Shown here in pieces: positions 10,656 to 20,097 of a DNA stretch of 64,000 nt; the first letter of the stretch is position 1, and each line of letters opens with the position of its first letter. Both the position numbers and the translations under genes were made by a program. Source of the stretch: Halarcobacter sp. (GTDB lineage: Bacteria; Campylobacterota; Campylobacteria; Campylobacterales; Arcobacteraceae). The notes beneath the pieces were generated by a model. The model saw only the letters and a program-made list of their open reading frames with translations, ran no database searches and was not told the origin of the DNA. The stretch is taken from positions 2,432,001 through 2,496,000 of the forward strand of contig CP182352.1 in assembly GCA_048571215.1 (NCBI GenBank). Reading direction: 5' to 3'.

Positions 10656-11588
10656 TTAAAAAAAGTTTTCTATCATATCTCTCATAACTTTTTCATCAGT
10701 TATGCGATTTATAATATCTCTAAACTCGGAAGCTCCTGTATAACCTTTCGAATAAGAGTGTAGAAGTTTTCTAAACATAACAGCTCCATGTATTCCATGA
10801 AACTTTAATACCTCATCATAGTGTTCTAAGATAATCTCTTTTTTTAACTGTTCACTTATATCTTCAACCCCATGTTTTAATTGATAAAATATCCAAGGTT
10901 TTCCAATTGCAGCACGACCAATCATTACACCATCTGCTTTTGTATATTCTAATACCTCTTTTGCTTTAGCATAATCTTTTATATCACCATTTGCAATAAC
11001 AGGTATCGAAACAGCTTCTTTCATCATTTTTATAGCATCATAATCTACAGGTGCTTTATATTTTCCTGCTCTTGTTCGACCATGAACAGAGATAAAATCT
11101 ACTCCACAAGCCTCAACAACTTTTGCTATCTCAACAGGTATCTTTTCATCTACGCCAATTCTAACTTTTGCAGTAGTATATTGTTTTTTATTATACTTTT
11201 TAACGGTACTTAATATCTCTTCAAGTTTTTTTAAATCCCCTAAAAGATTAGAGCCTGAACCATGGTTGAAAACTTTTGGCGCAGGGCAACCACAATTTAA
11301 ATCGATACCATCAATCCCCTCGACATCATTTAGTAGTTGAACTGCATCTCTTACTAGTTCTGGTTTATTACCTGCTATTTGTACTATATAAGGGTCTTCA
11401 CTTGGAGACTTTTCTATCATTTTTAATGTTTTTTGTGATTTATAAACTAAGGCATTTGAAGATATCATCTCTGATATGGTTAAGTCTGCTCCAAACTTTT
11501 TAACAACAGCTCTAAATGGTAAATCTGTATATCCTGCAAGTGGAGCCAACACCATAAGGGGTTGGCTAAAATCAATTTTTTTTATCAT
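10656..11588 (-). CDS. dusB: tRNA-dihydrouridine synthase
   Basis: LAPLAG, DLNCGCP, HGRT, ANGDI, GVMIGR. Confidence 0.92.
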   Translation of the reverse strand: MIKKIDFSQPLMVLAPLAGYTDLPFRAVVKKFGADLTISEMISSNALVYKSQKTLKMIEKSPSEDPYIVQIAGNKPELVRDAVQLLNDVEGIDGIDLNCGCPAPKVFNHGSGSNLLGDLKKLEEILSTVKKYNKKQYTTAKVRIGVDEKIPVEIAKVVEACGVDFISVHGRTRAGKYKAPVDYDAIKMMKEAVSIPVIANGDIKDYAKAKEVLEYTKADGVMIGRAAIGKPWIFYQLKHGVEDISEQLKKEIILEHYDEVLKFHGIHGAVMFRKLLHSYSKGYTGASEFRDIINRITDEKVMRDMIENFF

Positions 11589-11591
11589 ATT

Positions 11592-12605
11592 TTAAACTAT
11601 TACTATATCATCTAAACTGTAATGTTTTCCTGCATCTTTTAAGTCTAATAAAGCTCTAAATACAATATGCTCTTCATCACCATAACCACTTAATAAATCT
11701 TTTAATTTTTCTATCATTTCAAGTTCTAATAAAACATAAAAATATGCATCCATTGCAACTTCTGTATCATTTGATAAAATTTCAAAAAGCTCTAATAATT
11801 TATCAGGACTTAAAACCTCTTTATAAAGTTTAGCTAAAGTTATATACTCCTCTTTAGAGTAATTAAGAGATTTAGTGATTTTCAAAATCTCCTCTTTTGA
11901 TAATCCAAACTCAATATTATCTATATCTTTTAAAAACAGTTTTAATGCCATCTCTTTATCTAAAGTAACACCAGAATAAATTTTTTTAATTGTTGTCATA
12001 GATTTATTTTCTAATACATTAAAAAATGCTGCTCTTACTACCTCAGGTGAGTGTTGGTCAACTCTTTTTAAAATCTCAACAGCATAATCAACTTGCTCAT
12101 TTACTTTGTTTATTAAGTTTTGCTGTGCAAGAGCTGAATCTGCTGGCAATTTCAATGATTTATCAACAACATGTTTACCAGCTTTGATATCTTTTACTTT
12201 AGAAACAGTATCATTTAAGGATTCACTCTTTGATGTAAAAGTATTATCTGTAACATCTAATTTAAATTGTTTTAATATAGATGATAAGTTTTTATAACTT
12301 GAAGTTTTAAATTTTCTATTATCACTTTTTTCTAAAAGAAGTGATTTTATAACCTCAATAATACTCTCTTCATCCTTTTTATAACCATTTAATTTACAAT
12401 AGTTTAAAGTACCATAAAATATTAGATGCAGAACACTTAATACAAATAAAATAATTGCTGGCAACAGCACCCATATTGATATTAATAAAGTGATTGAAAA
12501 ATCAAAAACTTTCAATTCATAATTTGCTGGTTCAATACTAAAGACAACTCCCCAAACAACAATTAGTAAGAGTAAAGAAGCCCCTATATATGTTTTTAGT
12601 CCCAC
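11592..12605 (-). CDS. Hypothetical membrane-anchored protein (two N-terminal TM segments, helical soluble domain)
   Basis: 337-aa ORF tightly packed between dksA and dusB. Confidence 0.75.
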   Translation of the reverse strand: MGLKTYIGASLLLLIVVWGVVFSIEPANYELKVFDFSITLLISIWVLLPAIILFVLSVLHLIFYGTLNYCKLNGYKKDEESIIEVIKSLLLEKSDNRKFKTSSYKNLSSILKQFKLDVTDNTFTSKSESLNDTVSKVKDIKAGKHVVDKSLKLPADSALAQQNLINKVNEQVDYAVEILKRVDQHSPEVVRAAFFNVLENKSMTTIKKIYSGVTLDKEMALKLFLKDIDNIEFGLSKEEILKITKSLNYSKEEYITLAKLYKEVLSPDKLLELFEILSNDTEVAMDAYFYVLLELEMIEKLKDLLSGYGDEEHIVFRALLDLKDAGKHYSLDDIVIV

Positions 12606-12617
12606 ATCTAATCCTTT

Positions 12618-12980
12618 TTATTTTTTTACTGGTTCAACCTCATAAATCTCTCTACAAGGTGTACAAAATTTTGCAAATGGTTTTGCTCTAAGTCTTCCTA
12701 TTGCTATAGACTCATCACACATTTCACAAATGCCATACGTACCTTTTTCGATTCTTTTTAGTGCCTCTTCAATCTCATTTAATTCTTTAACTTGTTGATT
12801 TGCTATGATTCCCTCTTTGAAACTATCGCTTGATACTTCTGCATAATCATATTCATCATTGCATTCTGAATTCTTTAAAGAATCGATACTATCCCTACTA
12901 CCCTGAATATTTTTGTTAATTGAGTCTCTTCTATCTAATAAGATTTGTTTTAACTCATCAATTTGTTTCGTATTAGCCAC
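12618..12980 (-). CDS. dksA: RNA polymerase-binding protein DksA
   Basis: Coiled coil with DEYDYA and C4 zinc finger (YGICEMC...FCTPC). Confidence 0.92.
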   Translation of the reverse strand: MANTKQIDELKQILLDRRDSINKNIQGSRDSIDSLKNSECNDEYDYAEVSSDSFKEGIIANQQVKELNEIEEALKRIEKGTYGICEMCDESIAIGRLRAKPFAKFCTPCREIYEVEPVKK

Positions 12981-13030
12981 ATTATACCTTTTCTAAAAAA
13001 ATTTTGGTATTATACTTAAAATCATATAAA

Positions 13031-13489
13031 TTATTTATGATACGGATGATTGTTCTTTATAGCCAATCCTCTAAACACTTGTTCAAGTAAAACTACAGTT
13101 ACAACTTTATGTGCCATTGTCAAGGAGCTAAGGCTAATAATTTTGTCACATTTATCTAAAAAATCTTTATCAAAACCATAGGCACCACCTATAAAAAAAT
13201 TTACTTCAGATTGATTTGTAATAAGCTTTGAAAATTCAAAACTATCAACTTTTTTACCTAAAACATCCAATGCTATACAAAAACCACTTAAATAATTCTC
13301 ATAAGCTTTTGTATAAGATTGCCTTGCTTCTTTTTCACCAATTGTTTGAGCTTTTGCTATAGTTTTGTTAAATATAGAGTGAATTTCAACCTTTGCATAC
13401 TTTGAACACATTTTAATAAAATCATTGGTAATCTTATCAAACTCATCATTTGTTGGTTTTACTATAGCATAAATATTAATTTTACTCAT
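13031..13489 (-). CDS. rlmH: 23S rRNA pseudouridine-1915 N3-methyltransferase
   Basis: FFIGGAYG, SLSSLTMAH, LLEQVFR, HPYHK. Confidence 0.95.
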   Translation of the reverse strand: MSKINIYAIVKPTNDEFDKITNDFIKMCSKYAKVEIHSIFNKTIAKAQTIGEKEARQSYTKAYENYLSGFCIALDVLGKKVDSFEFSKLITNQSEVNFFIGGAYGFDKDFLDKCDKIISLSSLTMAHKVVTVVLLEQVFRGLAIKNNHPYHK

Positions 13490-14099
13490 ATAGTGCAGAC
13501 CCTACAACATTAAAAGTAACATTTTCTATTTTTTCATCAATAAGTACTCCACCTATCGCACAAACAGGATGTTTTGATATTTTTGCTAAATATGGTAATT
13601 TATCTGCTAAAAGTGAATCCACAGCTTTTGTATTTGTAGTTCTATATGCTCCTAATCCAATCATATCAATATCATAGTTATTAGCATGTAAAATCTCTGT
13701 TTCATTGTGAGTTGATAAGCCAAAAAGTTTATTAGGGTATTTTTTTCTTAAAAGCTTAAACACTAACTCTTCATTTTTCACTTTTAACTTTTCATTTTTC
13801 ATCTCTTCTAAGTCTTCTTGTCCTAAATGTAAACCATCAGCATATTTAAGTAACTCCAACTTGTCATTTATAATAATTGGAACATCCAAATGTTTTTTTA
13901 AATAAGTTAAATTTTCTATTTGGGATTCCAAGGAGTTTATTTTATCCCTATATTGTACAAGTTTTACATCTAAATTTTTAACAATTTTAACAAAATCAAT
14001 TAAATAGATATCTTTTTTAAGTAAAGTGCCATAATCACAAAGTGCATATAGGCTATTTGCTTTAGGTTTAAACCCTAAAGCTATTTCTAATCTAGTCAT
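13482..14099 (-). CDS. thiE: Thiamine phosphate synthase family protein
   Basis: VQYRDK, IIIND, GLHLGQED, GLSTH, TNTK, AIGG. Confidence 0.85.
   Translation of the reverse strand: MTRLEIALGFKPKANSLYALCDYGTLLKKDIYLIDFVKIVKNLDVKLVQYRDKINSLESQIENLTYLKKHLDVPIIINDKLELLKYADGLHLGQEDLEEMKNEKLKVKNEELVFKLLRKKYPNKLFGLSTHNETEILHANNYDIDMIGLGAYRTTNTKAVDSLLADKLPYLAKISKHPVCAIGGVLIDEKIENVTFNVVGSALYE
13766..13807. repeat. Degenerate 7-bp tandem repeat, six copies, inside thiE
   Basis: Coding strand aagagat-gaaaaat-gaaaagt-taaaagt-gaaaaat-gaagagt. Confidence 0.6.
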
Positions 14100-14966
14100 T
14101 TAACTAGCGTTACTATCTTTTAAAAACATTATTAATAAATCAGATAAAGTCTTCTTCATATCATTTCTATTAACAACCATATCAATTGAGCCATTTTCCA
14201 ATAAAAACTCTGCTCTTTGGAAACCTTCTGGTAAATCTGCACCAATAGTTTGTTTGATAACTCTTTGACCCGCAAATCCAACTAAAGCACCAGGCTCAGC
14301 CATAATTATATCTCCTAAAAATGCGAATGAAGCAGATACTCCACCCATAGTAGGATCTGTTAAAACAGAGATATAAGGTAATTTTGCTTTATCTAGTTTT
14401 TTAAGAGCCGCAGAGGTTTTAGCCATCTGCATTAAAGAAAAAGTTGATTCTTGCATTCTTGCACCACCTGAAGCAGACACTATAATTAACCCTTGGTGTT
14501 TTTCCATTGCACGATTTACAGCTCTTACAATCTTTTCACCCTCAACAGAACCTAAACTTCCACCCATAAAGGCAAAATCAAATACAACAATTTGTGCTGG
14601 CACACCATTTATTTTGCATTCTCCACTAATAACAGCAGAATTTCTTCCTGTTTTTTTAGTAGCTTCATCAACTCTTTTTTTATAAGATTTCTTATCAACA
14701 AATTTTAAAGGATCAACAGGTTTTATATCTGCATCATACTCAACAAATGAGTCCCTATCAGTTATAATCTCTAACCTTCTTTTAGCTCCAATTCTCATAT
14801 GAAAATTACATTTAGGGCAAATATTATTTTGATTTTCAACCTCTTTAAAAAACATCAAAGATGCACACTCTGGACATTTCACCCAATGGGTTGGAGCATC
14901 TTGTTTACTTGGTTGTTCTTTATTACTATCAAATGTAATTTTACTAAATAGATTTTTTAAATCCAT
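14100..14966 (-). CDS. accD: Acetyl-CoA carboxylase carboxyltransferase beta subunit
   Basis: WVKCPEC zinc finger, [23 protein letters not shown]; start moved to ATG 14966 (MDLKN) because AAGGAG lies just upstream. Confidence 0.96.
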   Translation of the reverse strand: MDLKNLFSKITFDSNKEQPSKQDAPTHWVKCPECASLMFFKEVENQNNICPKCNFHMRIGAKRRLEIITDRDSFVEYDADIKPVDPLKFVDKKSYKKRVDEATKKTGRNSAVISGECKINGVPAQIVVFDFAFMGGSLGSVEGEKIVRAVNRAMEKHQGLIIVSASGGARMQESTFSLMQMAKTSAALKKLDKAKLPYISVLTDPTMGGVSASFAFLGDIIMAEPGALVGFAGQRVIKQTIGADLPEGFQRAEFLLENGSIDMVVNRNDMKKTLSDLLIMFLKDSNAS

Positions 14967-14980
14967 CGATTTCTCCTTAA

Positions 14981-15144
14981 AAATGGTTCCCATTTTTAAG
15001 GAACCGTTTATTTTTTTCTACTTTTTAACACAATTTATAAAAAATTGTTAAAAGTAGCAAAACTCTAAAGGGCTTTAAGAATAAAGCCTTATTATATTAA
15101 ATGGTTCCCATTTTTAAGGAACCATTCATTTTTTCTACTTTTTA
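14981..15144. repeat. Structured intergenic element: two ~46-bp direct repeats flanking two hairpins
   Basis: aaatggttcccatttttaaggaacc(g/a)tt(t/c)att(t)ttttctacttttta at 14981 and 15099; internal hairpins ctacttttta..ttaaaagtag and ggcttta..taaagcc. Confidence 0.8.
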
Positions 15145-16350
15145 TAAATTTTTTAATTTCTCAACTTCATCAAGTTTTTCCCATGGGTAATCACTTTGTC
15201 CCACTTGACCTCTTGATGCAACATCTGCATAAAGAAAGGTTTCACTTGATGGATTATCTAATCCAAACTTATCTGTAATCCATCTTGGTGTTAAGGCATA
15301 CTCTTTTGTAATAAATGCTGATAACTCATCATCATTAAACTTTGTATATGTACCTAAGGTATCAACATTAACTGAAGTTGGTTTAGCAACACCAATTGCA
15401 TATGAGATTTGTACAATAGCTTTTTTTGCAAGTCCAGCGGCAACAATGTTTTTTGCAATCCATCTTGCTGCATATAAACCTGATCTATCAACTTTTGTAT
15501 AATCTTTAGATGATTGAGCTCCACCACCAATAGGTGAATATCCACCAAATGAATCAACAATTAATTTTCTTCCTGTTAATCCACTATCATGTAAACTTGA
15601 ATGACTTACATATCTTCCAGTTGGATTGATATGGATAATTGTTTCATCTTTTTTATACATTTCTGTTGGTAAGCCTGTATCATCAATAAGTCCTTGAATC
15701 AACTCTCTTACCTCTTCAATTGGCATACCTTCAACAGAAGGTGCACTTACAACTATTGTATGGATTTTTTGAGGTTTACAATTTTCAAAATTCTCTTTTG
15801 TACCATAATCCATAGTAACTTGAGTTTTAATATCAACTCCTAGTTTATGATTATGTTTTAAGGCATAATTATACACCTTATCACATAACATTCTAGCATA
15901 AGTAATAGCAGCAGGCATTAAATCAGCAGTCTCATTTGAAGCAAAACCAAACATAATACCTTGATCCCCTGCACCAATTTCACCAGTTGTTTGATCAACT
16001 CCTTGAGAGATATCAGGAGATTGTTGATTTAATAAAACTTGCACTTTTACATCATCAGGGTGCAAGCACTGCTCTTTTGTAAAAGAGGATTTTCCATCAT
16101 AACCAATTTTTGCCAAGGCGTCTTTTACAATTTGTTCATAATCTTCTTGACTTAATTGACATAGAGATTTAACCTCTCCACCAATAACAACATTTTTTCC
16201 AGCTACAAAAACCTCAGAAGCAACTCTACTATTTTTATCTTCTATAATTAATCTATCTACGATAGAATCTGCAATAATATCTGCACATTTATCTGGATGC
16301 CCTGGGCTTACAACTTCACTTGTAAATAAGTAATTTGTTTTGTTTTCCAT
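15142..16350 (-). CDS. metK: S-adenosylmethionine synthetase
   Basis: FTSEVVSPGHPDK, GAGDQG, GLTGRK, KDYTKVDRS; most likely start MENKTNY at 16350 (AGGA upstream). Confidence 0.97.
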   Translation of the reverse strand: MENKTNYLFTSEVVSPGHPDKCADIIADSIVDRLIIEDKNSRVASEVFVAGKNVVIGGEVKSLCQLSQEDYEQIVKDALAKIGYDGKSSFTKEQCLHPDDVKVQVLLNQQSPDISQGVDQTTGEIGAGDQGIMFGFASNETADLMPAAITYARMLCDKVYNYALKHNHKLGVDIKTQVTMDYGTKENFENCKPQKIHTIVVSAPSVEGMPIEEVRELIQGLIDDTGLPTEMYKKDETIIHINPTGRYVSHSSLHDSGLTGRKLIVDSFGGYSPIGGGAQSSKDYTKVDRSGLYAARWIAKNIVAAGLAKKAIVQISYAIGVAKPTSVNVDTLGTYTKFNDDELSAFITKEYALTPRWITDKFGLDNPSSETFLYADVASRGQVGQSDYPWEKLDEVEKLKNL

Positions 16351-16389
16351 TTTTGTTTTCCTATTTTGTTTTCCATTTTTGTTTTCCAT
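16338..16389 (-). repeat. 13-bp tandem repeat, four copies, spanning the metK leader and start codon
   Basis: ATGGAAAACAAAA ATGGAAAACAAAA TAGGAAAACAAAA ATGGAAAACAAAA. Confidence 0.9.
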
Positions 16390-16445
16390 CAAAATCATAC
16401 TTATCTTTTATCTTAAACTACACGAAAAAAATAAAAAATTAATAA

Positions 16446-18248
16446 TTATTCAACAGTTACAGACTTCGCCAAGTTTCTTGGCATGTCAACATCATTCCCT
16501 AATCGTATAGAAATCTCCATTGAAAAGACTTGCAATACAACTAACATTTCAAAAAACTCTAACATATAATGGTCAGTTTTTTGAAGTTTAATAAAATCAT
16601 CTGCTAAATCAAAGTTACATGCAGAAATAGCGCAAATAGTACTATCCCTTGCACTTAACTCTTCAACATTTGATTTTATTTTATCATATAATAAATTTTG
16701 TGGCATTAAAGCTATCGTGAAAAGTTCAGGATCAGCCAATGCAATTGGTCCGTGTTTCATTTCACCTGCAGGATAACCCTCTGCATGCAAATATGAAATT
16801 TCTTTTAATTTTAAGGCTCCTTCTAAAGCCAATGGGAAAAAGACATCACGTCCTATAAAGAAAAAACCATGTCCATGAAGATATCTTTTTGATAATCTTC
16901 TACATTTTTCATGTATTTTATCACATACAATTAAAGATTTTGGAACCTCTCTTAAAGCTAAAATCTCTTTATTTAATTCATCTTTAGAAATAGAAGTTCT
17001 AATAGTGCTAATATATAAAGCCAACATCCATAACACAACTGTTTGTGTTGAAAAAGCTTTTGTTGAAGCAACACCTTTTTCTATACCTGCTCTTGTAAGT
17101 ATAGTATAATCAGCACATCTTGTCATAGATGAATTATCCACATTACAAACAACCAAAGATTTTAATCCAGCTTTTTTTGCCATTTTTAAAGCTTCTAAAG
17201 TATCTGCTGTTTCACCACTTTGTGAGATTACAATAAAAAGAGTATCTTTTGTAAGTAAGGGTTGTTTATATCTAAATTCACTTGCAATTTCCACACTACA
17301 CTTAACTTTTGCTAATCTTTCAAAAAGATATGAAGAGGTTAATCCTGCATGATATGAGGTACCACAAGCACAAATTTTAATCTCATTTATCCCTTCAAAT
17401 AATGAAGAATCAATCTCATCAAAATTTATAGATTCATCTTTCAATCTACCAAGCATACAATCACTTACTACATCACTTTGCTCATAAATCTCTTTTTCCA
17501 TAAAAAATCTAAAACCATCTTTTTGAGCAAACTGTTTTGATGTGGGAAGAGTTGACCAAGAATAATCATCACCAAAAAATTCAATCCCATCACAACTAGC
17601 TATTCCACCCACTCCATCTTCTAAATATACAACTTCGTTTGATAAACCAATTAATGGTGCATCTGAAGAAGCAAATAATACTTCACCTTCATTTTTCCCA
17701 CGAGCAATAATTAAAGGACTTCCATGTTTAAAGAAAAATATTTTTGAAGGATCAGCTTTTGATATAAGTAAAATAGAAAAAGCTCCCTCTAATCTTGAAA
17801 TAGTATTCTCAAAAGCTTTTTTTGTATCATTTAAACTATTATTGTAATTTTCAAAAAGATGTACTATAACCTCGGTATCAGTTTGAGAAACAAAGTTATG
17901 CCCCTTTGAACTAAGTTCCTCTTTAAGTTCTTTATAGTTTTCAATTATTCCATTATGTACTACATAAGAGTACTCACCTAAGTGGGGATGAGCATTTAAT
18001 TCTGTAGGTTTTCCATGGGTTGCCCATCTAGTATGACCAATTCCCACAGGAGAATCTTCAACAGTTGTCGCATTTACTTTAGCTTCAAGGTTTGACAACT
18101 TTCCCAAAGCTTTAAAAACATCAATTTTTTCGTTGTTTAATAAAGCGATTCCAGCAGAATCGTATCCACGATATTCTAACTCTTTTAAGCCTTCTAATAA
18201 AAATTTAGTTGTATTCTCTTTTCCAATGTAACCAACAATTCCACACAT
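16446..18248 (-). CDS. glmS: Glutamine--fructose-6-phosphate aminotransferase
   Basis: MCGIVG, EYRGYDSAG, GHTRWATHG, C-terminal PRNLAKSVTVE. Confidence 0.98.
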   Translation of the reverse strand: MCGIVGYIGKENTTKFLLEGLKELEYRGYDSAGIALLNNEKIDVFKALGKLSNLEAKVNATTVEDSPVGIGHTRWATHGKPTELNAHPHLGEYSYVVHNGIIENYKELKEELSSKGHNFVSQTDTEVIVHLFENYNNSLNDTKKAFENTISRLEGAFSILLISKADPSKIFFFKHGSPLIIARGKNEGEVLFASSDAPLIGLSNEVVYLEDGVGGIASCDGIEFFGDDYSWSTLPTSKQFAQKDGFRFFMEKEIYEQSDVVSDCMLGRLKDESINFDEIDSSLFEGINEIKICACGTSYHAGLTSSYLFERLAKVKCSVEIASEFRYKQPLLTKDTLFIVISQSGETADTLEALKMAKKAGLKSLVVCNVDNSSMTRCADYTILTRAGIEKGVASTKAFSTQTVVLWMLALYISTIRTSISKDELNKEILALREVPKSLIVCDKIHEKCRRLSKRYLHGHGFFFIGRDVFFPLALEGALKLKEISYLHAEGYPAGEMKHGPIALADPELFTIALMPQNLLYDKIKSNVEELSARDSTICAISACNFDLADDFIKLQKTDHYMLEFFEMLVVLQVFSMEISIRLGNDVDMPRNLAKSVTVE

Positions 18249-18307
18249 TATTTAAAAACCTTTAGTAAAATTAGGATATATTATCAAAAAGGTACTAAAT
18301 TATTACT

Positions 18308-19093
18308 TTAAACATTTAATGTAGATAATAGTTTTAAATGGATTTTAGTATTTGTTGCAACTATATATTTATCTCCAAATAAATCATACTCACCTCCATC
18401 TATATTTGTAACTTTTCCACCTGCCTCTGTTAGTATTAAAATACCCGCACTTACATCCCAAGCTTTTAAATTCATCTCGTAATACCCTTCATAAACTCCC
18501 TTTGCTACATAACATAAATCAAGGGCTGCTGAACCTAGTCTTCTAATATCTTGACACTTAGGTAATACACTCTCAATCTTTTTTAAAACATCTTTTAAAT
18601 CCTCTTTTGAAGTTCCACTTGTATAAGGAAATCCTGTAGAGATAAGTGATTTTTGGAAATCATCTTCTGGTGATACTTTTAGTTGTTTACCATTTAAGAA
18701 ACTACCCTCACCTATTTTTGCTGTATATAACTCATCTAGTATGGGATTAAGAACAACAGCAAAATATGGTTTTTTGTCTTTATAAACTCCAACTGAGATA
18801 CAAGTATGGGGAACTTGATTTACAAAGTTTGTTGTTCCATCTATTGGGTCTATGATTATAGAGTTATTAAATTCTATATCGCTATTATCTGATTCTTCTG
18901 CTATTAGGGTAAAATTTTTAAACTCTTTGGCAAAGTTCTCCTTTAAAAAGTTTTCAACTGCCAAATCATATTTAGTTACCAAATCTTTTTTTGCTTTAAA
19001 ATTTACACTTTTATCTGTATAGTAACCATCTAATAATATCTTTCCAGCTTCTTTTACAATCTCTATTAATTTTTTTTCCATAATTTTATCCAT
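18308..19093 (-). CDS. suhB: Inositol monophosphatase family protein
   Basis: IDPIDGTTNF, RRLGSAALDL, WDVSAG. Confidence 0.9.
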   Translation of the reverse strand: MDKIMEKKLIEIVKEAGKILLDGYYTDKSVNFKAKKDLVTKYDLAVENFLKENFAKEFKNFTLIAEESDNSDIEFNNSIIIDPIDGTTNFVNQVPHTCISVGVYKDKKPYFAVVLNPILDELYTAKIGEGSFLNGKQLKVSPEDDFQKSLISTGFPYTSGTSKEDLKDVLKKIESVLPKCQDIRRLGSAALDLCYVAKGVYEGYYEMNLKAWDVSAGILILTEAGGKVTNIDGGEYDLFGDKYIVATNTKIHLKLLSTLNV

Positions 19094-19157
19094 TTAATTT
19101 TTTAGAAATTTTAACTAAATTTAGTTACACTTCGATTAATTTGGAGAATATTAGAAT

Positions 19158-19760
19158 ATGAAAGATTTTATTTTAGCAGAGGATAAAGAGTTTTATTTTG
19201 GAGATTGCAACTACTGTCAAGCACAATGTTGTAGTGGCATATATGGTTCTATCTTTTCCCAAATCCTTTTAGAAGAGTTTGAAAAAGTTTATGAAAATTT
19301 TCCAATTCTATTTATCTTTGGAGATTTAAATTATGTTAAACCAGTCATAATATTAAGTGATGGCTTTAATTATTGTCCATATATAAAAGATAACAGATGT
19401 ACAATTTATGATAAAAGACCAAATGTATGTAGAAACTATCCCTTAAGTCCCAATCTAGACAACAATATATATATCGATACCTGTTGCCCTCAAATTAATC
19501 CAGATGATGAGAATAAAACTTTAATTATAAAAAACAATAAATTATCAAATGAATATCAAAATGATATTTTTGAAACTTACCAAGAAAGATATTTAGAAAC
19601 ACATTTTGAATTTGACTCTTTAAAGAAAGAAGATTTTAAAGAGATACTAATAATCAAATCTATGAAGTTTTATATTTATGATGGTGAAAATAATAATAAA
19701 TATCTTGAGTATCATAAACAATCCTTAGTAAACTTAAATAATATATTTTTAGAAAAATAA
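19158..19760 (+). CDS. YkgJ-family (CxxCxxCC) cysteine-cluster protein
   Basis: CNYCQAQCC, CPY...CTIYDKRPNVCRNYP. Confidence 0.85.
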   Translation: MKDFILAEDKEFYFGDCNYCQAQCCSGIYGSIFSQILLEEFEKVYENFPILFIFGDLNYVKPVIILSDGFNYCPYIKDNRCTIYDKRPNVCRNYPLSPNLDNNIYIDTCCPQINPDDENKTLIIKNNKLSNEYQNDIFETYQERYLETHFEFDSLKKEDFKEILIIKSMKFYIYDGENNNKYLEYHKQSLVNLNNIFLEK

Positions 19761-19794
19761 AATATTAATTTAATCTTCTTTTTAGGTTAAAAGG

Positions 19795-19803
19795 TGTTAT
19801 AAT
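19795..19803 (+). promoter_or_regulatory. Extended -10 promoter with no long ORF downstream
   Basis: TGtTATAAT. Confidence 0.55.
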
Positions 19804-19928
19804 TACACTATCTAAACAGTATGGAGGTGCAAATGACAAAGGATTTTCATTTTTAGTATTGTTAAAAAATAATCAAAAATAATCTATTACAAAATAGATA
19901 TTAAATATGTGTATTATTTAAAAACCTT

Positions 19929-19961
19929 AAAGGTGAGTTTTTTTACAACTCACCTTTTTTT
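19929..19961 (+). terminator. Intrinsic terminator
   Basis: aaaggtgagtt-tttttac-aactcaccttt followed by further T residues. Confidence 0.85.
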
Positions 19962-20097
19962 ATATACTAAATTCCTCTTTCATATTTTTTATAAGCATTT
20001 TTTTGTCAACTTTCAATAATCGCCTTATATACAAAAATAGCACCTGATTTATCTCTACTATTTATATCAACTTGTGCGATTAAACTTTTTAGAGTAT

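Noticed and set aside
16351..16445. SAM riboswitch upstream of metK
   Set aside because: The gap is under 100 nt, A-rich on the coding strand and unstructured; no riboswitch core is visible.
18249..18307. glmS ribozyme
   Set aside because: Only 59 nt of AT-rich sequence, too short and without the conserved core.
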